Assembly: GCA_017451395.1 (NCBI GenBank)
Contig: JAFSPR010000059.1
Coordinates: 4,543-68,542 of the forward strand
Length of the DNA: 64,000 nt
Source of the DNA: Bacteroidales bacterium
Lineage (GTDB): Bacteria > Bacteroidota > Bacteroidia > Bacteroidales > UBA932
Reading direction: 5' to 3'
The notes beneath the pieces were generated by a model, which saw only the letters and a list, made by a program, of their open reading frames with translations, did no database searches and was not told where the DNA came from. Positions 44,904 through 53,742 of the stretch are shown here, one piece after another. Each line of letters starts with the position of its first letter. Positions within the stretch are counted from its first letter, which is position 1. A program made the position numbers and the translations under genes.

Positions 44904-45812
44904 TTACTTTCCGGAGGCCAGATAATCCCGGAGTGCAGCCTTGTAGGTGCTGCTTACGGGCAGGACTTCCCCGCTGTCCAGAGTTACGGTGGAAGTCCCG
45001 GCTTCCCGTATGCGGGACAGGGCGACTATGTAGGAGCGGTGAATCCTCATGAACTTCCCGGCGGGCAGCTCTTCCAAGAGCCTTTTCATATTGTAAAGCG
45101 CCACCAGCGGGCTCTCTTCCCCGTCCAGATGCAGCTTTATGTATTCGCTCATGCCTTCCACATAGCGGATTTTTTCGGCCGAAACGGGAATTGTCCTGCG
45201 CCCGGCCTTGAAGTTAAGCACCGTCTTGCCCTCCGTGGATGTTTTTTCGGCCGATTGCAGGAGTGCCTGCTGGATGGAGATGTTCTCCGATTTAAGCTGC
45301 TGATATCTCCGTTGGCCTTCATACATGTTCAAAAAGGCCTTGAGGCCAAGGTTGACACCAATGAGAAGAAGGCCCAGAATGAACTTCAGCCACTCCGGAT
45401 GAATGGGTCTGAAGCCTCCGGGCGGCGGCCCCTGCATGCCGGGAGGGGGACCTTGATGCTGTCCGGGGCCCATGACATGTTCCGGTCCTGGTCCAGTTCC
45501 GGGGCCGGGACCTATTCCCATTTCCGGAGATCTGGATAAAGTGATGCAGTAATAAGCATAACCGCCAGCAAGTATCAGGGCAATTATGGCATATATGACC
45601 GGCTGCTTATGTTTTATGCAGTATTGGGCCGTGATGTCATGAAGGACAAATAGAGTGAAAACGGGCATGATCTGCCGCCAGACCTCCATGACGGCCCTCC
45701 AGTTGAAACCGCTGGCCCCATCTGGTGCGCCGCGAAACCCTGATAGCAGCATGGACACCGTGAAGACCAGCGTCCACACTGCAGCATAAATCCATATTTC
45801 CCGTTTTCTCAT
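44904..45812 (-). CDS. Membrane-bound LytTR-domain transcriptional regulator
   Basis: N-terminal TMs, Pro/Gly linker, C-terminal IRYVEGMSEYIKLH...FMRIHRSYIV. Start set at ATG 45812. Confidence 0.85.
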   Translation of the reverse strand: MRKREIWIYAAVWTLVFTVSMLLSGFRGAPDGASGFNWRAVMEVWRQIMPVFTLFVLHDITAQYCIKHKQPVIYAIIALILAGGYAYYCITLSRSPEMGIGPGPGTGPGPEHVMGPGQHQGPPPGMQGPPPGGFRPIHPEWLKFILGLLLIGVNLGLKAFLNMYEGQRRYQQLKSENISIQQALLQSAEKTSTEGKTVLNFKAGRRTIPVSAEKIRYVEGMSEYIKLHLDGEESPLVALYNMKRLLEELPAGKFMRIHRSYIVALSRIREAGTSTVTLDSGEVLPVSSTYKAALRDYLASGK

Positions 45813-45887
45813 ACTATCAAGTCCCAAAACTCAGTCCAGCCTCGCCAGGGGCGCATCAGATGTTACGGGCGGGCATTGCCCGGAATC

Positions 45888-46916
45888 CTATTTTCCTGCA
45901 AGACGGCACTCCCAGGCCCAGGCGGCCTTGAGGGTCTCCTCTATGGTGCGGGTGGCCTTCCAGCCCATCTCCGTGTTGGCAAGGGTTGGATCGGCCCAGA
46001 TGGCGGTGATGTCGCCGGCCCTGCGGGGAGCGAACTTGTGGGGAACCTTCACGCCGTTCACTTTCTCGAAGGCGTTTACCAGTTCCATAACGCTCAGGGG
46101 ACGTCCGGTGCCCACGTTGAAGATCTCCACGGGTTTTTTCATCTTGCCCTCGATCATGCGGGTGACGGCAAACACGTGTGCGCGTGCAAGGTCCACTATG
46201 TCGATGAAGTCCCTCTGGCAGGTTCCGTCCGGGGTGGGGTAGTCGTTGCCGAAGATATTGAGGCACTCACGTTTGCCGATAGCGGTCTGGGTGATGAAGG
46301 GAACCAGGTTGTTTGGGACTCCGCGGGGAAGTTCGCCGATCAGGGCGCTGGGATGTGCGCCGATAGGGTTGAAGTAGCGGAGAAGGATGCCCTTCAGCGC
46401 GCCGCCGGAAGCCTTCACTGCGTCGTGGAGGATGTCCTCGCACATTGTCTTGGTGTTGCCGTAAGGGGATGCGGCAGGCTTGCGGGGAGTTGCCTCCGTC
46501 ACGGGAACTGAATCCGGCTCTCCGTATACCGTGGCCGATGAAGAGAACAGCACGTTGCAACCGCCTGTGGCCTGAGCCACCTCAAGAACATTGAGGAAAC
46601 TCACCAGGTTGTTCTTGTAGTACATAAGGGGTTTTTCCACGGATTCACCCACGGCCTTGTATGCGGCAAAATGGATGACGGCGTCAATGTGGTATTTGCC
46701 AAAGAGAGCCTTAACGGCATCCAGGTCACAGAAATCCATAACCTCAAGGGGAAGGTCTTCGCGGCCGGTGATTTTCTTCACACCCTCGTAGCAGGTACGG
46801 TCGCAGTTGGAGAAGTTGTCGGCCACAACTACGTCATAGCCGGCCTGAATAAGCTCTACGGTTACGTGGCTGCCGATAAACCCGGCGCCTCCGGAAACAA
46901 GAACTGTCTTTTTCAT
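45888..46916 (-). CDS. galE: UDP-glucose 4-epimerase
   Basis: GGAGFIGSH, HFAAYKAVGES, YGNTK, LRYFNP. Start set at ATG 46916. Confidence 0.95.
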   Translation of the reverse strand: MKKTVLVSGGAGFIGSHVTVELIQAGYDVVVADNFSNCDRTCYEGVKKITGREDLPLEVMDFCDLDAVKALFGKYHIDAVIHFAAYKAVGESVEKPLMYYKNNLVSFLNVLEVAQATGGCNVLFSSSATVYGEPDSVPVTEATPRKPAASPYGNTKTMCEDILHDAVKASGGALKGILLRYFNPIGAHPSALIGELPRGVPNNLVPFITQTAIGKRECLNIFGNDYPTPDGTCQRDFIDIVDLARAHVFAVTRMIEGKMKKPVEIFNVGTGRPLSVMELVNAFEKVNGVKVPHKFAPRRAGDITAIWADPTLANTEMGWKATRTIEETLKAAWAWECRLAGK

Positions 46917-46923
46917 AATAGTA

Positions 46924-49599
46924 TCAGTGTTTGGTTTTGTTTTTCTTTTTAGCCGCCTTGGCCCTTTCGCGGGCGATGTATCTTTCCAGCCGCTTCTGCT
47001 CACGGAGGGACTTCTTCTCCAGGCGGCGAAGCATCTTCAGTTTCTTGGCCCGCTCCTTCTCCAGTTTCCGGGCGGCCTTTGCCGCCTGCTTTTCCTCATA
47101 CCGGCGGTCTTCCTCGGCCCATTTGGCCTCCAGGGCCTTCTGTTTCTCCTCCTTCTTCCTGGCCTTTTCTTCGGCCTTGCGGGCTTTCTCCGCGGCCTTT
47201 ATCTCGGCGGGTGTGGGAACGTGAGGCGCCGCTGCGGAGAGTGAATCCGTACCCGCCTGCAAACTGTCCGGAAGGGCTGTCTTCGGGGAATCCGCGCCCG
47301 CCGCCAGGGAGTCTGCCGCTACGCCAAGGGAATCGGCCTGAACGTCCAGCGAATCCGGAACAACCCCTGCGAGGGAGTCCTGCAGCGCCGCCTGGGCCTG
47401 TTTTCTTACAACCTCAAGGGAGTCGCGGATGGCGATGTCCCGGTAAACCTTCTTTATATAGCCGGGGAAGTAGATTTCCGTCTGGGTAAAGGTGGTATGC
47501 GGGCGCGCAAGATATGAGGTACGCTGGCTCTTTCGGGGCTTCAGCGCCGTTACTGCGGCAGGGGAATCCGGCCTCTTTTCGGGCTCCCAGCGGTAGCCCT
47601 TCAACTGGCGTTCCTGACTGGGAAGCTGGACGGAAGGATAGCCGTCGTTCTTGGGATTCTCATAGTAGTACATATGGTCTATCTCGCCGTCCGTGAACGT
47701 CGCGTAGAGCATCTTGGAGTCCACTTTGTTGACTGTTGCAAGCGCGCCGTTCTCTTCCAGGAAGAAGATGCTGGATGCACCTCCAAGGGCGTCGAAACGC
47801 GTGAGCACCTGGCTGGAGTCAAAGTATGCCACCATCTCCGTGCCGCTCACCTGGTCAAAACTCACGGTGTCTTCCTGGATGGTGATGAAGGCGTTGGAAA
47901 GAAGGTGCGCCTTCTCCGTGCGCTTGTTGCGGATGACAAGGTAGATGCTGTCTGCGGCGTACTGCCTGTTCCCGTCCGTGTAGAATATGGGGTCCTTGTA
48001 CACCCTTGCAAGGGAATCAAGGTCGCTGTAAGCCAGGGAATCGCCTCTCATCTGCATATTCCGGCGGAACATCTTCACGTCCTTGTTGCCCCAGATGAAG
48101 CCCACTTTCGTGGAGTCCTTGGGCGTCAGGAGCGAGTCTGCCGGGGCCGATAAAGAATCGGCCGGGGGAGATTCCCGGTCGGGGCCGGGAATGACGGAAA
48201 GGGTGTCCGAAGGTGCCACCAGGGTGTCCGAAGGCGTCACCAGGGTGTCTGCAGGAACGCCCAGGGAATCAGCGGGAGCGCCTAGAGAGTCTGCGGGAAC
48301 GCCCAGGGAGTCAAGGACCGGCGGGAGAGAATCCAGCGGCGGCAGGGAATCCAGAACCGGCGGAATGGAGTCTGCAGGTTCCGGTTTAGGGGGCTGAGGC
48401 GTGCTTGGGGCCGGAGATGAAGGAGCGGCAGTCTGCGCGGAAGCGCCGCCGGGGGCCTTCCGTCCGGATCTGGCCCCGCCCTGCGGCGGGCGGTTGGGGT
48501 CGTCCTTCATAGCATCGGCCGCAGCCTTTGCAGCGGCTTCGGCGGCTTTGCGCCTGTACTCCATAATGGCGTCTCCGGAAATATCGGCCAGCCGTTTTTC
48601 TGAGCCCTTTATCCAGGCCTCCGGAATCTCGAACTTCTTGTAGGCGCGGTACACCAGGGTATCGGCCCCAAGATACAGGGAATCCGGCTTCTGGCCCTCT
48701 TCCTCTATAACGGACATAATTGCCGGGTCACGCGTAAGGGTGGCCTGCTCCAGCGAGTCTATCCACTGGAGGTATCCGGCCAGGATGAACATATTCTGGA
48801 CGGTGTCCATAACCTCCACCTTGCCCAGCAGTTCCACGTTGTTGAGGGCCCTGTAGTAGTACGCGGAATCGGACCAGGTCTCCTTCTCCTTGGTGAGGGT
48901 GTGAACCTTTTTCCGGAACATAAAAAGTTCGTCCTTGCGGTTGTACCAGCCGTCATCGGCGCTGAGCATCTTGTCGTCCTGCCACATATCCGTGTTGAAG
49001 CCGAACCAGGCGGTGGAAAGGTCACTGCGGTACTCCAGGCGGGATGTCTTTATGAACGTGGTGTCCATGTACATGTTCACCTGGTCGTTGAACACAAAGA
49101 GTTTTGCCTTGGAATCGTAGGTGCCGTAAAGGCTCTCTATCACCTGTCCGTCCTTGTCACGCATTGCGCCGCCGTCCTGGAAGACGGCCACGGAGTCCTT
49201 GGTGTTGTAGTCAAGGTATTTGGTGCGGAGGGTGTTCTTGTCCTGGTCCACCAGTTGCACAAGGTCTCCGCGGAAACGCGCCAGGTCCTGGTCCACCACA
49301 TACTGGAGGGTGTTGCTGGAAAGGGTTGTGCGGTCCTGGATGATGCGCACGTTCCCCATTGCGTCTATGATATTGGTGTTGATGTTCCAATACGCCGTGT
49401 CGCAGAGAAGGTATGTGTCGTTGTGAAGGAACCTTGCCGGCCCCGTCACCTTGCGGAAACTTTCCCCGTTTATTTCCAGAAGTTGGGCGCTTTCGGCCTT
49501 CAGGAGCAGCACTTTGTCCTGCGCCATAAGGGCCGATGACGCCGTCACCACGGACAGCGCCAGCGCAGTCAGATGCCTATGAAGGGTCCTTGGGGTCAC
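46924..49599 (-). CDS. OstA-like (LptA/LptD-type beta-jellyroll) protein with low-complexity DSL-repeat inserts
   Basis: Signal peptide; FLHNDTYLLCDTAY, AMGNVRIIQ, LSSNTLQY pattern; downstream of surA. Confidence 0.72.
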   Translation of the reverse strand: MTPRTLHRHLTALALSVVTASSALMAQDKVLLLKAESAQLLEINGESFRKVTGPARFLHNDTYLLCDTAYWNINTNIIDAMGNVRIIQDRTTLSSNTLQYVVDQDLARFRGDLVQLVDQDKNTLRTKYLDYNTKDSVAVFQDGGAMRDKDGQVIESLYGTYDSKAKLFVFNDQVNMYMDTTFIKTSRLEYRSDLSTAWFGFNTDMWQDDKMLSADDGWYNRKDELFMFRKKVHTLTKEKETWSDSAYYYRALNNVELLGKVEVMDTVQNMFILAGYLQWIDSLEQATLTRDPAIMSVIEEEGQKPDSLYLGADTLVYRAYKKFEIPEAWIKGSEKRLADISGDAIMEYRRKAAEAAAKAAADAMKDDPNRPPQGGARSGRKAPGGASAQTAAPSSPAPSTPQPPKPEPADSIPPVLDSLPPLDSLPPVLDSLGVPADSLGAPADSLGVPADTLVTPSDTLVAPSDTLSVIPGPDRESPPADSLSAPADSLLTPKDSTKVGFIWGNKDVKMFRRNMQMRGDSLAYSDLDSLARVYKDPIFYTDGNRQYAADSIYLVIRNKRTEKAHLLSNAFITIQEDTVSFDQVSGTEMVAYFDSSQVLTRFDALGGASSIFFLEENGALATVNKVDSKMLYATFTDGEIDHMYYYENPKNDGYPSVQLPSQERQLKGYRWEPEKRPDSPAAVTALKPRKSQRTSYLARPHTTFTQTEIYFPGYIKKVYRDIAIRDSLEVVRKQAQAALQDSLAGVVPDSLDVQADSLGVAADSLAAGADSPKTALPDSLQAGTDSLSAAAPHVPTPAEIKAAEKARKAEEKARKKEEKQKALEAKWAEEDRRYEEKQAAKAARKLEKERAKKLKMLRRLEKKSLREQKRLERYIARERAKAAKKKNKTKH
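48168..48195. repeat. REP-like palindrome in frame in OstA-like gene
   Basis: GAGATTCCCGGTCGGGGCCGGGAATGAC(G), read as VIPGPDRES. Confidence 0.72.
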
Positions 49600-50969
49600 T
49601 ACTTACGGGCGTTCCAACTTTCACGTGAGAACTCGCACTCCTTGAAGAGGGGATCGATGATGATGTAGGTGCTCTTTATCTTGTCTTCCAGGAAGGCGTC
49701 CACGGCCTCCATCTGCTTTTTCTGCCGCACGCCTTCAAGGATCTGGGTGTAGTCGTTTTCAAAACTGGCGGTGTGTGCGGGGATGATCTTGTCCACGCGG
49801 ATTATCTTATAGACGAGGTTCCCCTGACGGCCCTGGAGGTAGCCCTCGTTGTCAAGGGATTCCACGGCCCCGGATATCTCTCCGGGTTTAAGGTCCTTGA
49901 TGGCGGCGTAATCGGCCGGCTTAAGCTGGTCTATCTCAAAGTAGGCGCTGCCGGTTGCGGGATCTGCCATCTGGCCGCCGTTGGTTCTGGATGCGGGGTC
50001 CTCGGAGAAGAAGCGGGCGGCAAGTTCGAACTTGATGTTTTCGGCCAGGATCTCCGTCCTTATGCTGTCAAGTCTGGCAAAGGCCTTTTCTCTGTCGGCC
50101 GATGTATACTGGGGCTTGAGGAGGATATGGCGGGCGTTGAACATATCTCCCTTCTTTTCCAGGACCTCTATGATGTGGTAGCCGTCCGGGGTTTCCACTA
50201 TCTGGGACACCATTCCGGGCCTAAGGGCCATTGCGGCGTCGGAGAATGCCGGCCAGAAGATGGACTTTGAGGCCATTCCAAGTTCTCCGCCGCGGCGCGC
50301 GCTGCCGGGGTCCTCGGAGTAGATGCGGGCAAGGGTTGCGAATTTTTCCCCGCCGATAATCCTTTCACGCAGGTTCAGGAGTTTCTCCTTCACGGAAACT
50401 GCGGCAGCCTCTCTGTCGGGGTAGATGCAGATCTGGCTCAACTGATACTTGACTGGCACCACGGGGAGATCTTCCTTTGCTGTGCTGTCCATGTACTGCT
50501 GGACATCGAAGGGGGTAACCTCCGGGATGCGGTCTGCCACCTGATACCTTTCCTGCTCCGTAAGGCTCTGCTCCTCAAGGGCTTTACGCCACTCCTGGCG
50601 CAGTTTGTAGAGGGGCTTCCCGAAGTATTTCTCCATTTCCTCGTCACCGCCCAGTTGGGTGCGGAACCAGTCAATCCTCTGAGTGAGGTTGCCTTCCACC
50701 ATATCGTTGTTCACGGTGAGGGAGTCAAGGCGTGACTGCATAAGGAAAAGTTTGGATTCCATCATATTCTGAAGGATCTCGCAGCGCATGTCTTTGTCGG
50801 AAGAGGAACCGCCGGCGCGCATCTGCTGGACCTCGGCCTCCACGTCCGAAAGCAGGATTACTTCTCCGCCGATTGTTGCCACGGTTTTGTCCACTATGCC
50901 CTTGTATTTCTGGGCGCTTACGCTCACACACGTAAGAAGACAAAGGGAGAAGAGGAATATATGTTTCAT
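49599..50969 (-). CDS. surA: SurA-like periplasmic parvulin PPIase/chaperone
   Basis: SurA N-domain, FATLARIYSEDPGS, GYHII, second parvulin domain. Confidence 0.85.
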   Translation of the reverse strand: MKHIFLFSLCLLTCVSVSAQKYKGIVDKTVATIGGEVILLSDVEAEVQQMRAGGSSSDKDMRCEILQNMMESKLFLMQSRLDSLTVNNDMVEGNLTQRIDWFRTQLGGDEEMEKYFGKPLYKLRQEWRKALEEQSLTEQERYQVADRIPEVTPFDVQQYMDSTAKEDLPVVPVKYQLSQICIYPDREAAAVSVKEKLLNLRERIIGGEKFATLARIYSEDPGSARRGGELGMASKSIFWPAFSDAAMALRPGMVSQIVETPDGYHIIEVLEKKGDMFNARHILLKPQYTSADREKAFARLDSIRTEILAENIKFELAARFFSEDPASRTNGGQMADPATGSAYFEIDQLKPADYAAIKDLKPGEISGAVESLDNEGYLQGRQGNLVYKIIRVDKIIPAHTASFENDYTQILEGVRQKKQMEAVDAFLEDKIKSTYIIIDPLFKECEFSRESWNARK

Positions 50970-50971
50970 AA

Positions 50972-51841
50972 TCAGTAAGTTACAAATTTGTTATTCTTGC
51001 GGGCTTCCTCCAGGAGGCTTTCCTCCAGGGCTATCTGGAGATTGTGACGGCGGGCGCTTAGGACAAGGTCACTGATGCGCTCACGGCAGTACTCCAGCGG
51101 GGCGGTCCTGCCTGCGGGAACCATATCCACTATGTATGCCAGATGGATATTTCCGGAATCGTCCTTTATCTCGGAGAAGTCGTTCTTGATGGAGGAGAGG
51201 AGGATCTTGTAATCCACGCTCAGTTCCTGCCCAAGGGTGATGGCGTCCATCCAGGTATCGGACATATCGGCATATTTTATGGCCGATGTATATGCAAGTT
51301 GCTCGGCCTCGGTCACCTCAGTGTCGTCCTGCGAAGACATCATTGCCTTTATCTTCCTGAGTTGGCGGGAATCCGAGGGGATGATGAGGTAGCGGGCCTT
51401 TATGACGGGGCGCTCCAGAATGAATTTGGCGGAATTCTCCGCGTAGAAGGCTTCTATCTCCGCCTCCGTCACAAGGGTGTCCAGCCTCTGGTTGATGTAG
51501 AGTTGCTCATAGCGGTACTTCAGGAGGGACCTCCGGTACTGCTCAAGTTCTTTTGAGACGTCTTTTTCCGAGGCCGACAACTGGGCCTCGGCCATATCCA
51601 CCAGAAGGAGATCCTCCGCCCAGGCCTTGATGTAGCGGGAGGCAAGGTTTGCGCTGTCTTCCGGGGAGACGCCTGCGGGGATGAACTTCTCCAGTTCCCC
51701 GCGATGGAGTTTATGGTCTCCGGCGCGGGCCACCACCTCTCCGCGGAAAAGTTCCTGGGCAGCCTCCTGGAAGCGCCCTGCGCTTTTGCAGGAGGTGAGG
51801 GCCGCCAGGCCGCAGAGCAGTATGATGATATGCCTTTTCAT
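50972..51841 (-). CDS. PPIase-associated lipoprotein
   Basis: Lipobox LTSC; VARAGD, EIEAFY pattern; co-oriented with surA. Confidence 0.72.
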   Translation of the reverse strand: MKRHIIILLCGLAALTSCKSAGRFQEAAQELFRGEVVARAGDHKLHRGELEKFIPAGVSPEDSANLASRYIKAWAEDLLLVDMAEAQLSASEKDVSKELEQYRRSLLKYRYEQLYINQRLDTLVTEAEIEAFYAENSAKFILERPVIKARYLIIPSDSRQLRKIKAMMSSQDDTEVTEAEQLAYTSAIKYADMSDTWMDAITLGQELSVDYKILLSSIKNDFSEIKDDSGNIHLAYIVDMVPAGRTAPLEYCRERISDLVLSARRHNLQIALEESLLEEARKNNKFVTY

Positions 51842-51859
51842 AGAATCCTACAAATATAA

Positions 51860-53422
51860 TCAATTTTTGCCGATTAATTGTATGAGGCTTTCCAGGGCTG
51901 GCCTTACCTCGGAGGTATTTGCCGCCGCGTTGTTTGTGAAAATGGCAAAACTTATGCGGGGATTTCCGGCTTCGTCAAGGACGTATCCGGAGTAGCATAG
52001 CGTTCCTCCCATCGAGCCGCTCTTGAAGCGGAACTTCCAGGGCGTGAGGTTCTTAAGGGCGCTGATTGTGCCTTCTCCGGGGCGGGGAAGGGACTCTACG
52101 AATGCCTTGTTACCGCTCATCGCCGCAAGGTATCCGGCCATCCATTCCGGGGTGACAGTGTTGGCCCTTGAGAGGCCGCTGCCGTCTTTTTGCACAATGC
52201 CGTTTGCTGCCCCGGGGACAATGTCCTCCAGGACCTCGTTGATTGCAACAAGGCAACTGTCGTAGACGGCTATTCCCGTTGCCGCCTCACCCATCGCGCG
52301 GAGGAGTGATTCGGCATAGAAATTATCACTCTCGTAGTTGGTCCTTCGGCATATCTGAGCCAGCGCAGGGGACTCCGTATGGCCGATTTTTACCACTCTG
52401 TCACCCCCGGCCTGATCGGGGGTCCCGTACGTTCCTGTCACCTCCCAGCCCGTTGCCTTGAGATTCCTGTAGAACTGATGGGCGCAGGTAAGGGCTCCGT
52501 ATTTGTTGGAAGCCTGCTCCCTCTTTGGTCTGCGGTCCACTGCGAAAGTGCCCGTGAGGATAGCGTCCTTGTCTCTGTCCGAGGTTTGAAGATACAGGCT
52601 GTTCCCGGTTCCCGCAGGGCCCGTCACCGCCTGGTTTTCAAGATGCAGCCAGGGGGTATCGGGGTACGTCTGGGTCATCTTCACCGGGGCTCCGGGTTCT
52701 GCTCCGGCGCTAACCTGAAGATCAATGGTGTTTTCGTAGAAGCAGAGGGCGCTGGAGCCGGTTCCGTAGTAGGTCCAGGTATCGGCATATTCCCATCCGG
52801 GATGCTCCAGACCACCTTCCCAGGCACTTCCGTCTCCTATTATGTTGCCGTTGATGCGTTTGATCCCTGCGCCGGAAAGGATGGTTTTCCACTTCCAGAA
52901 AAGGGCATCGGCCTTATATGCCGTGGTGTCTGCGGCGCCAATTGTTGGGTCTCCGCCGCCGATGATGTAGACGTCTCCGTTGAGGGTGCCGTTTTTGTCA
53001 ATGCTTCCGGTATAGCCAATTTCTGTTTTGAAGCGGTACTCCGGCCCGAATGCCCTTAACGCCGCTCCCGTTGTGACCAGTTTCATGTTTGACGCCGGTA
53101 CCATACGTGTCGAGGCGTTGTACGCCAGCACGGCCTTGCTCCCGTCATTGCCGGCGCTCCTCCTGTCATTGCCAGCCTTGCTCCTGTCGTTGCCGGCGCT
53201 CTTGCCGTCCCTGCCGGCCTGACCGGCAATCTCCACGGCGCATACCCCCACCACGGCTCCCTTCAGGGGACCGTTGCTGATCTGGCTCTCGATATACTGG
53301 GTGACGCTTTGCTGCCACGCGGCCGTCTTTGCCGCAGTGTCATCGGCCTGGGCCATTGCCACTGTTCCGGCAACTGTGAGAAGCGCCCCGGCCAAACCTA
53401 TTTGACGGACTATTCTATACAT
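51860..53422 (-). CDS. dacB: D-Ala-D-Ala carboxypeptidase/endopeptidase (PBP4, peptidase S13)
   Basis: PASNMK (SxxK), GGGDP, SDN, DGSGLS, KSG. Start set at ATG 53422. Confidence 0.9.
   Translation of the reverse strand: MYRIVRQIGLAGALLTVAGTVAMAQADDTAAKTAAWQQSVTQYIESQISNGPLKGAVVGVCAVEIAGQAGRDGKSAGNDRSKAGNDRRSAGNDGSKAVLAYNASTRMVPASNMKLVTTGAALRAFGPEYRFKTEIGYTGSIDKNGTLNGDVYIIGGGDPTIGAADTTAYKADALFWKWKTILSGAGIKRINGNIIGDGSAWEGGLEHPGWEYADTWTYYGTGSSALCFYENTIDLQVSAGAEPGAPVKMTQTYPDTPWLHLENQAVTGPAGTGNSLYLQTSDRDKDAILTGTFAVDRRPKREQASNKYGALTCAHQFYRNLKATGWEVTGTYGTPDQAGGDRVVKIGHTESPALAQICRRTNYESDNFYAESLLRAMGEAATGIAVYDSCLVAINEVLEDIVPGAANGIVQKDGSGLSRANTVTPEWMAGYLAAMSGNKAFVESLPRPGEGTISALKNLTPWKFRFKSGSMGGTLCYSGYVLDEAGNPRISFAIFTNNAAANTSEVRPALESLIQLIGKN
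52400..52426. repeat. REP-like palindrome in frame in dacB
   Basis: GTCACCCCCGGCCTGATCGGGGGTCCC, read as GTPDQAGGD. Confidence 0.68.
53144..53233. repeat. REP-like palindrome plus three 21-bp tandem half-copies in frame in dacB
   Basis: GTCATTGCCGGC-like units at 53144, 53165, 53186, then GTCCCTGCCGGCCTGACCGGCAATCTC (53207-53233); encodes EIAGQAGRD and AGND repeats. Confidence 0.78.
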
Positions 53423-53475
53423 AGCACAAAAGTACCCATTTTTTTGCACAAATGGTGCCACTCTCTCCGCATTAT

Positions 53476-53724
53476 GTGGAAGGTGGTTACATCTTTTGTC
53501 GCAGGTGATTACTTTTTCCGTCGCAGGTGGTTGCGCTTTCCGTCGCAGGTCCTTGGCCAAAGTGTCGCAGGTCTGCGTTTTTGGCTTCACCTGCGACGCA
53601 AATCGGCCACAGTCGCAAAAAAGTGTCGCAGGTCCGGCGTTTTTTGCAGACCTGCGACGCTATGTGACTTGACCTGCGACGGTCCGGGACCAGACCTGCT
53701 GCAGTATGTGCTCTGGCCTGCGAC
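53476..53724. repeat. 22-bp-phased GTCGCAGGT array, copy 2
   Basis: Forward at 53476 (degenerate), 53498, 53520, 53542, 53564, 53625; reverse at 53589, 53650, 53672, 53694, 53716. Confidence 0.85.
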
Positions 53725-53742
53725 GCTACGGCCTCTGACACG

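Noticed and set aside
53423-53590. N-terminal extension of DacB
   Set aside because: Translates the repeat array; the signal peptide begins at ATG 53422.
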